Shown here: positions 1 to 11,769 of the stretch, piece after piece | Layout: each line of letters starts with the position of its first letter | Position numbering within the stretch: position 1 is the stretch's first letter | From: Salisapilia sapeloensis CBS 127946 | Lineage: Eukaryota > Protista > Oomycota | Direction of reading: 5' to 3' | Length of the DNA: 64,000 bases | Assembly (NCBI GenBank): GCA_023334545.1 | Contig: JAADVB010000023.1 | Location: forward strand, 1-64,000 | Translations under genes and position numbers: made by a program | The notes under the pieces: model-generated | What the model saw: only the letters and a program-made list of their open reading frames with translations | The model's database searches: none | What the model was told of the DNA's origin: nothing

Positions 1-3000
1 TCGTCGTCACTCGCATGCTCCCGACGCTCGACTTCTCCGACGCTCGTGCCGTACATGGCATCCAAAGCGGCATCCTCATCCTCGACGTCTAGCTCGCTAT
101 GGTACTGGTCATCCAGCTCATACAGGCTATCGTGTGATGTAGGTATGATTTTGCTTAGGCGATGTTCTGACTTATGGGAAGGAGGGATGGAGGCAGATCC
201 GTATGGGTGATAGTCTGTTTGTGGTAGTTCGGGACGAGAGGATTTATTTGCTCTCGGCATGCTTTCTTGGGATGATGGTTGTGTAATTTCGCCAGTATGA
301 GTAGCTTCGGGTCGATTTGTGTCGTCAAATTCGTCACCAATGTCGCTATGCCCGGAGGATGCTACGGATATGGCTTGATGAAAATCATCATCGACGAATT
401 GAAGAAGATTGTCACCATCGTTTTCCTCCTCCTCGCTTAAAAGATATAGGGTACTAGCATTTAAACTAAGTTTCGGTTCAACATGTCCATCTCTTACATC
501 CGCTACAAGTTTGTCCTTTGTAAAGTTGGCAAGATAGGAAGTACTGCTCACGGCTTCCTGCTGTACGCATGGGCCTTTAAATTCATACTCGATTGCTTCT
601 ACTGAGCGTAGTTGCTCAGCATGATAGTTGGACTCATCAACACCTTCATCTTGTTTCAAATATTCATCTTGCTCTTTTTTACTGATACTAGAAGATACAT
701 AAAGGTTTTCATCTCCCGTTTTCTCGCCCTTCGGCATCTCGGCTTCATTCTGTACATCATCATCGTCATTAGTCCTCTGTCCCAAACCTCTTTCACAGTC
801 CTGAATCAAGTCTTCGCTATCTTCAAATCTCTCACCTTCATATGTTGGAGTCTCTTGTTTCTCGACTGCTTCTGGCTCACTAGACGCTGTCTCGGACGCC
901 ATGTCATCGATAGTAAAAGTCACAGCGTCATACATACGCTGCTGGAGCTTAGTAAGTCTCGATATGATCAGCGGTGCAGAGTTCCTGTACCAGTCTTCCA
1001 GTCGACTAGTCCGATTATTCCTGCCTTTCCCCACACAGGCCTTAAGCGCATGTAGAAACTCGATACTAGTAAGCACTTGCTCTTCGGCTGATATCCATTC
1101 CTCTCGCTCCTTTTCTGCTTCGGCAAGCAACTCATCCATCTGCTCTTCCTTGCCGTAAATCTGAGCACGAAGGGCGCTCCATTCCTCCACACCACACGCT
1201 CGTGTCAATTGTAAGAGCAGGTTCTGCACTTCATTCGACACCAACAGTCCTTCCTGTCGAGCCGCCATCAACTCCTGTTGAGTCATTTCAGGTGCATGCT
1301 CACGCATTCGGAGCTCCAGGTCCTCTGCGTGTGTCTCGACAGTGTCAATGTGAAGTGCCATACGATCTAGCTCCTTTGTCCGTTTGTTCTCAAGGCACTC
1401 TAAGCTGTTCTGGACTTCAAAGATCCGAGCTTCCAAAGCATCATTCGCGTCCGTAAGCTCTTTAATCTGCGCTTCCTTAGCGCTGATTGTACCTTTCAAA
1501 GCGTCCTCTTCTGTCTGCAGTTGCTTGGATATCTTTTTCACCTGGTCTTCTAGATTCTCCTTAGCGTCTTGCAAGCGACAGATCTCTTCCTTTAGCTGCT
1601 GAGAAGATGCCGTGGAGGACATGGTCATATCCTTTAGCTGTGTTTTCAGCTTGCCTACAAACTGTTCCAGGTCTTGTGAATGCATTTCGTACGTTGCAAC
1701 GCGCTCGTTCAAACGTTCGATCTTGGTTGCATCCGCTCTGACTTGAGAAATAGCGTCCTCGTGCTTTGCTTGAGCAACCTTGAGATCCGTAAGGACTTTG
1801 ATATGTGACGCACGAACAGCTTCCACTCGACTTTCATCTGTGTCTTCTTCCACACCACTTACTTCAGTCGTTAGTGTCGTCAAAAGCGTCCGTAGTGCTG
1901 TTTCTTTCGCGTGTGATACTTGCAACGCCTCCTTTGCGTTCGACAGTTCCTGTAAGAAAGAGGTATGCGCTTCATCCTTCTCGTTTACTTCACTACGAAT
2001 GGACTCAAGCTGCTCTTGCATGGCACTCACTTCCTCCTCGCGATGACTCGACGTCTGCGTTTCCTGCAGCAAACGTTCATTCAGCGTCTGAACTTCATGC
2101 TGGTACTTAACTTCCATCTCCTGCTGTGCCGATCGGATATGAAGTAGCTGCTGACGATGTTTATCGTCTAAACAGCGTGCATCCGCCAGCTCTTGTTCCT
2201 TCACTTTCAATTGTGATTGAATGTCCTCTAGCTGTCCTTCCAACGTCGAAAGCTGTTCCTGCATCGCACTTGTCTCTTGTGCATACGCTTCACGACTGTC
2301 TTCACCCTCCTTAACCTTACTCTCCAGCTCTTTCACTTCTGCTTCCAGTTTCGATTTGGTCGCTTCCAGATCCGCCAACTGCGCTGCAATGGCATTCATC
2401 TTTGCACGTGCTTCCGAAATTTCGTTCTGTAGCGTCGACACTTGCTGTTCATGCTCAAAGCGCAAAGCCGTTGCTTCTTCCTCTAATTCATGCACATTGT
2501 AACGTGTGATAGATATCACCTGTCGAGCTTCTTCTAGCTCCATCAGTCTCTTCTCCACCTCTGTCTTGGCGTCGTACATCAGTTGTTCATACTCACTACT
2601 TTCCTCTAATTGACTCTGGAGGTTGGTCATGTCCGTCAACAGGCGCTTGTTCTGCTCTTGCAAAGAAAAGATTTCTCTCTCTACCTCCTCTAGCTGAGCT
2701 TTATCCACCAAAGACGACTGGAGTGTTACCAATTCCTTGCTCTTTTCCTCAATTTCACTCGACAGCGACTGGATATGCTCTTCATACGATTGAGAAAGAC
2801 TCCTAACAGTCTCATTTAGCAAGATCTTTTGCTCTTCCTGTGCCTTTTCAAACCGTTCCGAACTATCCAGCAGTTGCTCTCGTGCAATGGCCAAGTCTTG
2901 TTGAGTTGTCTGGAGCATCTTTTCCACTTGCTCCTTCGCATCTTTCTCTTCCTTTGCACCTGCGTTCTCATTCGCAGCCGTCTGAAGCGCTTCTTGAGCA

Positions 3001-5243
3001 TATGTCAGCTTCATCTCGACCAATTGTACCTCCAACTCCTTTGCGCGTTTGCTCTGGTTTAAAGCGAGTAAGTCGACCTTACTGCTTTCCAGCAACGTCG
3101 CCACCTCCTTCTGTCTTTGAGATAGTTTCAAACTCAACGATGTGGACTCGGCCTGCTTGTCGGATAATTCAGATGCTAATGAAGTGATGGAAGCAGTCGC
3201 TTCCTGTTGAGCTTTACGTGCCTTGAGACGTAGCGAACGCAACTCTTCTTTCATAGCTCTGCTCTCTTCATATTGGAACGACAGGGCGTCACGCTCGCGC
3301 TTAAGCGAAGTCTCGAGAATCGCTGCCTTCCCCTGTACTTTACCTAGCTGGTTGCTTTCGTCCCGAATACGATTTGTCAGGTCTACCTGCTGCTTCATTC
3401 TCTGGTTCTCCTGGTCTTCATACTTGTCACGGAGTTCGTGCAGCTGCAGTTGGAGTCTTGCTTCTTTCTTAGCGTATTGACTTGCCAACTCCTGCTTGGA
3501 GTGCTCCATCGCTTCCAGCTGGGCGACAAGCTTATCCAATTGTGCCTTTAGTCTGTCCGACGTATCATCACTGCTTTCGTTCGCAGCTGGTGCGGAAGAC
3601 AATTCGTGTAGCTGTGTGTGTACAGCCGTCATCTCTTGCTGCAGTTTGTTCGCAGCACCTTCCGCTTCTTTTGCCGCGCTAGTAGCTTGAATCACAAGCT
3701 CTTCAGTCCGACTCTCTTGCTCCTTGACATTAGATGTCAGAGCATTCAGCTCCTTTTGGAGCTGAATGGTGGACTTGGACTGCTCGTTTTGTAGGTTCTT
3801 CATATTATTTCGCAGCTCAGACACTTCTTCATGTGCTTGAAGCGTGTAATCTCTTGCATCTTGGACCTTTCGACCATGACGCTCGACAGTGGCGTGCAAT
3901 TGACTCATATCTTCCTTCAAAGTAGCTTGTTCATGCTGCAATGGCGTCAGATCCGACCGTTTTAACGTAGAAGCGATTAGCGCTTTCACTTCTTCCATGA
4001 TCTCTTCTTTCATGTCACTTTTGGAAGAGGACGCTGCCTTGGCACTCATTGATGCAGTAACTTGAGTCTTCAATTCGTTCATCTGCTCCTCTAGTCGTTC
4101 CTCTAGAGCATTCAAATCCTTTGTCAAGCGGACTTGAAGCAAGGTCTTGATTGCTTTCATATCGACAAATCCTTCCTGCTGCCTCTGTAGCATCGTCGTC
4201 TTTTTGTCTAGCTTGTCCAATGCTCCATTCATGTCAGCTTGGCGTTCCACCGTCTCCGATAGGTCTCCCATCTCCGCCTCGAGCTGTCGAATGCGTGGAA
4301 CAGCCGACACAAATGTCTTCACTTTAACGCGTAAGTCATCCATGTCTTCTTCGACACCAGCTTTCCATGCCACGAGCTGCCCACTCTGTCTCTCAAGACG
4401 TTGGATACTACACTGATTAGCACTCAATCCATTCCTCAGCTCGTTTAACTCTGCGTCTGAAATAGGAGGAGGCGGAGGTGTTGCCGCCATTCTCTCCACC
4501 GTCCGTACGCTTGCATCCGCTGCTCTCTTCACGTCCGAAATCTGTTCTCGAACATGCTGTTGCAAAGTATCAATCTTATGGGCTGCAGCTCGAGTCTCAG
4601 AAGTCACGGCGGATAGGTCTCCTCGGAAGGATTCTAGCTTCTTTTCAAATGCATTCGTCTTGGCTTGTAGCTTCACTTCCAAGCTCTGTCGTATCTCATC
4701 CGCCATGTACGTCGAAGTAGATTGTTTGGTAGGAGAAGAGGAGCCTACTCGAATTGGCATTGATACTGCACTGCTGTTGCTAGCAACACTTGGTGTACGA
4801 GTGTACCCTCGCAAACTATCCGTTTCATCTCTCGAGTCATATCGACCGTGATCCATGTCGGACGATGCTCGAGCGAGGTGGGGTGTTCGATGGCTAGACA
4901 CATGCCTAGATTGGCCTACAGCTGCGTGTGGAGCTGCAAAGCTATTTGCAGAAGTATTTGAGTCAGATCGAATGCGTGGCGGTAGTCCTGACGCAGTGGA
5001 CCGAGCGACGCTGACATACGATCCAGACTCAGACGAGTTGCCAGATCCATTGTCTTCGTTACTAGTGACGCTAGCACTGGACTTAGGTAGATGGGGCACA
5101 CGTTTGCTCCGGTGGCTGTGATGGTGCCGACGCTGGCTGTGTTCATGCTGCTCACCAATGTTTCGGAGTTTTTCCAAGTTACTATTCGTCTTTTCAATGA
5201 TAGACGTCAAGTCGTTCTCCCACTCGTGATAGGACGAGCTCAT
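1..5243 (-). CDS. Very large coiled-coil protein, 3'-partial (at least 1747 aa; runs off the left edge)
   Basis: Minus-strand frame (plus-strand triplets starting at multiples of 3) is stop-free wherever I read it (1-1260, 4083-4180, 5223-5243), and the ORF track lists no closed ORF in this frame, which implies one uninterrupted ORF. ATG at 5243 gives MSSSYHEWENDLTSIIEKTNSNLEKL; an in-frame stop lies just upstream at 5283-5285. Middle is E/Q/K/L-rich heptad-like; C-terminal part is acidic and low complexity. Confidence 0.85.
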   Translation of the reverse strand, partial: MSSSYHEWENDLTSIIEKTNSNLEKLRNIGEQHEHSQRRHHHSHRSKRVPHLPKSSASVTSNEDNGSGNSSESGSYVSVARSTASGLPPRIRSDSNTSANSFAAPHAAVGQSRHVSSHRTPHLARASSDMDHGRYDSRDETDSLRGYTRTPSVASNSSAVSMPIRVGSSSPTKQSTSTYMADEIRQSLEVKLQAKTNAFEKKLESFRGDLSAVTSETRAAAHKIDTLQQHVREQISDVKRAADASVRTVERMAATPPPPPISDAELNELRNGLSANQCSIQRLERQSGQLVAWKAGVEEDMDDLRVKVKTFVSAVPRIRQLEAEMGDLSETVERQADMNGALDKLDKKTTMLQRQQEGFVDMKAIKTLLQVRLTKDLNALEERLEEQMNELKTQVTASMSAKAASSSKSDMKEEIMEEVKALIASTLKRSDLTPLQHEQATLKEDMSQLHATVERHGRKVQDARDYTLQAHEEVSELRNNMKNLQNEQSKSTIQLQKELNALTSNVKEQESRTEELVIQATSAAKEAEGAANKLQQEMTAVHTQLHELSSAPAANESSDDTSDRLKAQLDKLVAQLEAMEHSKQELASQYAKKEARLQLQLHELRDKYEDQENQRMKQQVDLTNRIRDESNQLGKVQGKAAILETSLKRERDALSFQYEESRAMKEELRSLRLKARKAQQEATASITSLASELSDKQAESTSLSLKLSQRQKEVATLLESSKVDLLALNQSKRAKELEVQLVEMKLTYAQEALQTAANENAGAKEEKDAKEQVEKMLQTTQQDLAIAREQLLDSSERFEKAQEEQKILLNETVRSLSQSYEEHIQSLSSEIEEKSKELVTLQSSLVDKAQLEEVEREIFSLQEQNKRLLTDMTNLQSQLEESSEYEQLMYDAKTEVEKRLMELEEARQVISITRYNVHELEEEATALRFEHEQQVSTLQNEISEARAKMNAIAAQLADLEATKSKLEAEVKELESKVKEGEDSREAYAQETSAMQEQLSTLEGQLEDIQSQLKVKEQELADARCLDDKHRQQLLHIRSAQQEMEVKYQHEVQTLNERLLQETQTSSHREEEVSAMQEQLESIRSEVNEKDEAHTSFLQELSNAKEALQVSHAKETALRTLLTTLTTEVSGVEEDTDESRVEAVRASHIKVLTDLKVAQAKHEDAISQVRADATKIERLNERVATYEMHSQDLEQFVGKLKTQLKDMTMSSTASSQQLKEEICRLQDAKENLEDQVKKISKQLQTEEDALKGTISAKEAQIKELTDANDALEARIFEVQNSLECLENKRTKELDRMALHIDTVETHAEDLELRMREHAPEMTQQELMAARQEGLLVSNEVQNLLLQLTRACGVEEWSALRAQIYGKEEQMDELLAEAEKEREEWISAEEQVLTSIEFLHALKACVGKGRNNRTSRLEDWYRNSAPLIISRLTKLQQRMYDAVTFTIDDMASETASSEPEAVEKQETPTYEGERFEDSEDLIQDCERGLGQRTNDDDDVQNEAEMPKGEKTGDENLYVSSSISKKEQDEYLKQDEGVDESNYHAEQLRSVEAIEYEFKGPCVQQEAVSSTSYLANFTKDKLVADVRDGHVEPKLSLNASTLYLLSEEEENDGDNLLQFVDDDFHQAISVASSGHSDIGDEFDDTNRPEATHTGEITQPSSQESMPRANKSSRPELPQTDYHPYGSASIPPSHKSEHRLSKIIPTSHDSLYELDDQYHSELDVEDEDAALDAMYGTSVGEVERREHASDD

Positions 5244-5744
5244 AGCTGCCAAGTGAGGTGAACGTACAGACGCGTCGTGTGCCTATCGATGCTATTTTGG
5301 TTGTGTGGCTTGCATGTCCATCATGACAGGTGAAAGCTTCTCAGCGCGTATTTTTGTCTTCCGGGCGGTTGCGTGCTTTTGTAACGGACAGTTTCATACA
5401 GTTTTCAAGTCAATTTTGCATTTCTGACTACAACTTCAAGTACGTGTCCAGGACCATTTGGGTTCATTTTGCTGCATGATAGTTTCTGAACAGCAACGAC
5501 ATCCAGTTAAAACGCAATGACCACAGTCTATCTGCATCTCATACACTTCATCATAAGAACTTTTCTTTATCTCTGACATGGACAACAGTACATACACTGA
5601 AACAGTACCTCAAAGTCTCTACCAACAGATACAGTAAATATCATCGTTGTCTATTATCTCGTTTGCGTTAGAAACATTTTTGTGTTACGAACAACGACAC
5701 AACGCTCATCTCGAAGTAGAGAAATTTCGATCTTCTTGACAAGC

Positions 5745-8195
5745 ATGTCCAAGCTCGAGCCGTATACAGTCAGTGCTGAACTACTCGGTCATGAAGGCGC
5801 CGTCCGTGCCCTCACAGCCACCTCCTCCGATGCAGTTATTACTGGGTCGATGGATGCTACGGTCCAAATGTGGACACGTCGCGACAGTACTTTCGTCAAT
5901 CTTATGGAGAAGCCGATCCTCGACCATGATCACTGGATCACTTCGCTGCTATATATTCCACCTCCGACCACGAGAATCAGGAGTCTCGTGCCTCCAGACG
6001 GTGCCTTTGCTACCGGCAGCATGGATAAGCACGTTCGATTATACAACCTCCGAGGCGAGCTCCTACACAAGTTCTCAGGTCATGAAGGTGGCGTCACCTC
6101 CCTCACCTTACGCTCCTACCAAGGCCTATCGCAGCTCCTTTCCGGCAGTTGGGACGGCACAGCACGTGTCTGGGACTTGATTGTAGGGGAATGTACCCAG
6201 ATCCTCCCAGATCATGAAAATGGCGTTTGCGTCTGTGCGTTGGAAGACGGTACAATCGTTACAGGTTCCACCGGCGTGCAGCAAGGAAACAAAGTCGTGG
6301 ACTTTCAGCTACGCTACTGGCAAGATGGAAATGTCGTCAAGACGGTGCGAGACCACGACGGTCCGATCCGAGACTTGAAATTGGTCCCAGGCATCGGTTA
6401 TATCTCATGTTCCAACGACGGGTACAGTCAGTATCATATCAAATTGTGTCATGAGACTTATAGATTCTATGTAGAACCATTAAACTGCGTGATTCGGATG
6501 GAAATGTACTCTCATCGATGGCTCATCCGACGAATACAGAAGGGAAGCCTGGCTTCGTACTGGGCATCTGTGTCCTGCCAGAGTCCGGACACATCGTCAG
6601 CGTCAGTGAAGACTGCAGTGCTCGTGTGTGGGACCAACAAGGTACTCAAATCCAGTGCATTGATCATCCAAGTGGCCTCTGGTGCGTGACTCCACTGCCG
6701 AATGGCGACTTTATCACCGGATGCGACGACAAGATCGCTCGCGTCTTTACTTGCGACGCGTCTCGAGCAAGTGCAGAAGGTGAGGCTTCCTTTGTCGAAG
6801 CCGTTGCGAACGCCCACCAGAGTGGCAAAGGCGCCGTCGATTTGGCTGGTCTGCCCGACTATGCCGACCGAGGTCAAGTGCGTGGTAAGAAGGACGGAGA
6901 CATTCAAATGTTCCGAAACGAGAGCAAAGCATGGGCGTGTCAGTGGAGCCAGCCATCGCAGACGTGGATCGACATTGGTGAAGTGACTGGATCCCAAGGA
7001 GATGACCAGGGAGGAGAGATCGATGGCGAAAGCTACGACATTGTCATTCCCGTCGAGATCGATCAACCGGATGGCAGTCTTCGAAAGCTCCAGATTGGAT
7101 TTAATAAAGGCCAGAACCCCTTTGTAGTCGCTCAGGCTTTCATCGACAAGCATATGCTTGGACAGCACCACTTGCAGGAGATTGCGGACTTTATCTCTCA
7201 GCGCGTAGAACCAACGATGATCGGACCGGAGGACGTTGCCATGTCTGAGCCAGAACACTCGTACACGCACTTTCCCGTTGCGTCCTACAATACGTTTGAA
7301 GGTGTTAAGATCGCAAAACTCCTGCCGACGTTGACAGAGTTGAATGGGAATGTAGAGGAAGGTTGTAAGCTTTCCGACGCAGAGCTTTCAAGACTGCAAG
7401 AGCTAGTGGAGATTGTGCAAAAGACGGCGTACTATCACTCGTCCTACTTTTCTACTCCGCAGCTGCAGGCATTAGTCAAAGTAGTAGACACGTGGACGGC
7501 GCAGACAGTGTACCCTGCCTTTGATTTGCTTCGACTTATTATGGTCCATCCACAAGGTCCGTATCAGCTACAAAAGATGACGAATTTAGGAAATATCTTG
7601 GTCCGGTGTCTCCAACTCGCCAAAGACGACCATGAGACAGTTCCGAACGCTACCAAGATGATGGCATTACGTGTCGTCGCCAATGGTTTCCTCAGTGAAG
7701 AAGGTCGAAACGCTATTCTCCAGACAAAGTCCGAGGTAGACTCTTCTCCCTGACGTACACCTCTTCAAGTACTAACTCTTGCTCTAGATTTTGAATACCC
7801 TACCGTCGTTTGTGCAGGAGACGCCAAAGACCGTCGCGTTAAGCCTTGCCACCGTCCTCCTCAAGTACTTTTTATTATCCTCTCACATATCAACCGCCAC
7901 TAACTCTTCTTCTAGTTTTGCTCGCTTTCAATTTGAATCTCCGCAGGCACTAGCGTTGGAAGAACGTAAGCAGATTGCCACCCTCTCCAGTGGTCTTCTC
8001 GCATCGAGATCCGTCGCGGATTTAGGAGAAGACGCCGCTCTACGTCTTCTCCTCGCTCTTGGGACACTCGCAGTGGCTGATAAGAAGCATGGGGATGGCG
8101 CCAACGTAGTGGATGCATCCACCGTATTGGGACTGTTGGACGTACCTCCCAGTCTCCAAGCGTGTCATGCAGAGCTCACGTCCATGCTGAGTTAA
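5745..8195 (+). CDS. PLAA: Phospholipase A2-activating protein / Doa1-Ufd3 (WD40 + PFU + PUL), 4 exons
   Basis: WD40 repeats (GHEGAVRAL, GSMDATVQMW, SGSWDGTARVW), PFU motif (YDIVIPVEIDQPDGSLRKLQIGFNKGQNPFVVAQAFI), PUL region (VYPAFDLLRL, MMALRVVANGF). GT-AG introns 6422-6474, 7736-7787 and 7865-7915 restore one frame; the last two have CTAAC branch sites. Confidence 0.93.
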
Positions 8196-8233
8196 ACTCA
8201 TGAAAAAAGTTTTCTTAACTGCTCTATTGTATC

Positions 8234-10528
8234 TTACGCCAGTACACCAAGCTGTCTCAATTGCTCGCCGTACTTTTCCTTCTCCGCATCATACCGTTCG
8301 CCGTACTGTAAATGCCGTTTCCTTAAGCCGAGATTGATGCCCCATGCCTGACGCGGATACGGTTTCCTCCGTGGCACTTGGAACGCATCATCCATCACTT
8401 GACACGTCCCATTTTCCTCTGCAAACACCTCAAAGCTCTTCATCAGCACGTCTTTCCAATAGTCATCTTGATGCTGCGCTAGTAACTGTCGCTCGCCCTC
8501 AAACTCGGCGTGGACGACACGGTCTTCTGGTCGAGGCGCACTGTTGCCTCGAATGGAAAAGGATGAGAAGACGTCCGAAGACCGCTTACTACCTGCTGGA
8601 CGCTGATAAGGCAACGACGCGACGGCGCCGTGCTTGTCGTACTGATACGCGACTTCGCCGAGAGCTAGGAGATGCGCCTCCTTTGGCCAATCTTTCGACT
8701 CTGGGACGACAAAGTCGCGCGGAATTTTGTCTTCTCCGTACTTTTCCTTGTAGATGCGCATGCATGGTTCGACGACAGCATCGTGGACTTCTGCTGCCAT
8801 GACGCTCTGACGTCCACTTGCAGCCCTGTATCCGGACGCTAGAGAGTACTCTTCAAAGACGTCAGCGTACTTTTCCTTGAGTGCCTCGTTCTGAGGTCGA
8901 CCGGAACGTAGTTGTTTGATCTCTTTATACAGATTGATGCCCCATGCCCCCGAAGGCCATTCGCTATTTGAAGGGACAATGTATCCCTTTGGGACGTCCA
9001 TGTTTCCAAACTTCTTTGCATACGTTTGGATGGCTGGGAGAGATCGAAAGACGAAGCGACTTTCCCCTGCACTCATTTTAAACCCAAGTTGATCTAATTC
9101 ATTGTGGATCTCGTAGACGAATCCACTCTGGTACCTCCGTAGTTGGATCACTTGCTTTCCCAAGTGCAGTCCCCATGTCGACTTTGGCCAACGATCGTCA
9201 TCGGACGGAACGTAAAAGCCAGCAGGAACGTCAGAGTGGCCATAGACATCGACAAAGGCACGCAGAGCTGGTAAAAAGTGTTTACCCCAACGGCCATACA
9301 GATTGGTCCATGGCAAGCCAATCTTCTTTAGCAGCAACTTGTGCTTTTTGATCTGAGGAGCAAAGACTGCGTTCTTCTGGATGCAGTGGACAACGTACCC
9401 TAGCGGCCAACCCCACAAACGTTCCTCCCACTCGTCACTCTCCGGCACGACAAAGTCCTGCGGAATGTCTGGGTCTGTATACAGTCGAACGTAGTTCTGA
9501 ATGGACGGTAAGACCGTCTCTTCAAACGCTCGTTCAGCCAGATCATGGTCGTACAGTCCGACTCGTTTTAAATCTTCTTGAAACTTGTCGACAATCACCT
9601 CCATCTTGCCTCGATGGATGTAATCCAATATTCTCCCTAGTCGACACATTCTGCTCTTCTCAGGCCAATGTTCATCGTCGCTGCTGACCATGAATCGAGA
9701 AGGCACTTCGACGTGCCCAAAGAGGTACCTAAATCGTTCTAGAGCCGGAAAGTCGCGTTCGAGCCAATTCCACTCCGTATTACTCCATACAAAGCCTAGT
9801 TGTTTCAAGTCTTCCACTTGAGTGGCTGTAAGTCGGTCGTCTCCATCACGCCGCATCAACTGTGCGTTCGTGCCGAGACGGAATCCCCATGCCGGTTTCG
9901 GCCAAGTGTGGTCGTTAAAGGGGATCGTAAATCCTTGTCGAACAAAAGTATGACCGTAGAGTTTCTTGTGAGTTTCTAGACCTGGTTTCACCTGTTCCTT
10001 CCAGACATAATCACGCCAATTCTTATGCGTGAAGCCGATCTCGTAGAAAAGTTGGTTCTTGAAGACATTCGGACGACCTCGCACAAACGGTACTAGTCGC
10101 TGACCGAGCGGATAGCCATGCAGCTTTTCCGGCCATGGATGCTTCTCATTCTTCTCCTCTTCCGTTAAATACTGCGAAGGCACTGTAGGATCGTCTGGGG
10201 ATGGCAAGAAGGGCTCAATGTCCTCTAGTGTGATGTTCGAATAGTCTGACTTGACATCCGTCTTTCCTTCCGACGGTATGACGAATTCTCTATTGACGGA
10301 GAAATGTCCTTCACGAAGGTAGAATATGCGTAATCCAAGTAGAAGTGGCAAGTACTTGGCGTATCGCTGGACTCGGATCAGAGGTTTCATTTTCTCAATG
10401 CGTTCTCGCTTCTCATCTTCTGTGGATATGCTGCAGCTTTGCAACACTGGCCGAATAAGTGTTCGGTGTCTATGACTTGCTACATGGACTCTGGAAGATA
10501 GACCGAAGCGAATGTGCTGATGGAGCAT
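8234..10528 (-). CDS. Helicase-associated (HA)-repeat protein, 764 aa, about 8 repeats, probable mitochondrial presequence
   Basis: Repeated ~70-aa motif LPAL..F...YGH..VP..F.VP..D..WP...WG..LG......R.....L..LGF. N-terminal 35 aa are Arg/His/Ser-rich with no acidic residue. Confidence 0.8.
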   Translation of the reverse strand: MLHQHIRFGLSSRVHVASHRHRTLIRPVLQSCSISTEDEKRERIEKMKPLIRVQRYAKYLPLLLGLRIFYLREGHFSVNREFVIPSEGKTDVKSDYSNITLEDIEPFLPSPDDPTVPSQYLTEEEKNEKHPWPEKLHGYPLGQRLVPFVRGRPNVFKNQLFYEIGFTHKNWRDYVWKEQVKPGLETHKKLYGHTFVRQGFTIPFNDHTWPKPAWGFRLGTNAQLMRRDGDDRLTATQVEDLKQLGFVWSNTEWNWLERDFPALERFRYLFGHVEVPSRFMVSSDDEHWPEKSRMCRLGRILDYIHRGKMEVIVDKFQEDLKRVGLYDHDLAERAFEETVLPSIQNYVRLYTDPDIPQDFVVPESDEWEERLWGWPLGYVVHCIQKNAVFAPQIKKHKLLLKKIGLPWTNLYGRWGKHFLPALRAFVDVYGHSDVPAGFYVPSDDDRWPKSTWGLHLGKQVIQLRRYQSGFVYEIHNELDQLGFKMSAGESRFVFRSLPAIQTYAKKFGNMDVPKGYIVPSNSEWPSGAWGINLYKEIKQLRSGRPQNEALKEKYADVFEEYSLASGYRAASGRQSVMAAEVHDAVVEPCMRIYKEKYGEDKIPRDFVVPESKDWPKEAHLLALGEVAYQYDKHGAVASLPYQRPAGSKRSSDVFSSFSIRGNSAPRPEDRVVHAEFEGERQLLAQHQDDYWKDVLMKSFEVFAEENGTCQVMDDAFQVPRRKPYPRQAWGINLGLRKRHLQYGERYDAEKEKYGEQLRQLGVLA

Positions 10529-11769
10529 TGCGTCGAATTTCTTTGGTTGTACGCTTTCGACCGCTCTAATGACTTTTGTGTCGTTATGAGGAAAAAGGTG
10601 CTTCTGACGTCGTCAAGTGCGATGATATATGATATATTGCAGATGAGAGGTTTTGGACAGAAGTGCGCACAGGTCCCGATGCATGGATTTGTTGAATGGA
10701 AACTTGGCAATAGCGAATATGGATGCAATGCACTGCTTGGTACGGTTCTATATTTGCATTTAGTGGATGATACGGAATTCAGTCGGCGTTACGATGCCCA
10801 AATTTAGAGGATGCGTGGAAGGTGTACACGAGCAAAGCATCAAAATTAACTGGATGCATGCTGTATCACAAGACTACGAGCATGTTCATCAACTTTGTGA
10901 ACTGCGAATGCAATGTCAGAGCAAATGGTTCAGAAACAATTAAATGCTTACGGGCGACAATCTATGCCAGTGTGGACGGATTGTCATAAGGACGGAATCA
11001 TACTAAGCTGATATTGCTCGTACGAGATAGTGTCGGGATAGGATCTCCAGCACCGCTTTGTGCGGTTGGTAGATGAGTAACACTGTCACAGGATGTTGAA
11101 GCAAAGAGAAGTAAAAAATTCATTAAATGAGCGAATGGCTATGCAGCCACAACGGATGCTTGGAAATGGCGATATTCTCGCATGCCCATCAGTGCATGCA
11201 GCCCACATGTATCATAAGATGGCAGAAGACGCACGCCATTTTATAGACACATGCTAAGGAATTAACCTACAAGTGTACAACTGTACACCTTATCTGCTTT
11301 ATCTCTCCATGCACATGGTACAGTTACCAAGTTGATTTGATTAATGTTGGACGCTATCTGGCATTTCCTATGGCATCTGTGAAGACTATGTCTCAAAGTC
11401 AGTATGGAATTCTAATATTTACAGGCGGAAGTAACCAAAAGCTGTTTGTGGCCTCTCCCTCTAGCAGACTCCACCCTCACACCGATCAGGCTCACTTATA
11501 TTTATACTTGAAAAGCTTGAAGCGGACGAATCTCTATTCCTTGTGGTGCGAAAGTAATTGGGAATTGACCTCAAGCTTTTGTGCACTAGAGTCTCTGTTC
11601 AAGCTCCAAACGTTGCAACCTCCGTGTTCACGTACTTATATCCTCAGTTTGCAGTCAAAACGACACGCCGACACGTTGTTCGTGGTTCTAGTGCTATCAC
11701 TGTCAGAGTCTTGCCCACACGCTCACATTTGAAGCTTGAGGTCCATTGATACTTGTATTACTATCTCTT

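Noticed and set aside
1-5243. No long ORF listed over obviously coding-like DNA, suggesting stop-codon reassignment
   Set aside because: The frame has no stops; the ORF is missing only because it runs off the window edge. Other genes end normally in TAA, TAG or TGA.
10514-11749. ORFs 10514-10807 and 11337-11732
   Set aside because: No motifs, weak starts, and they sit in the divergent promoter region between two real genes.
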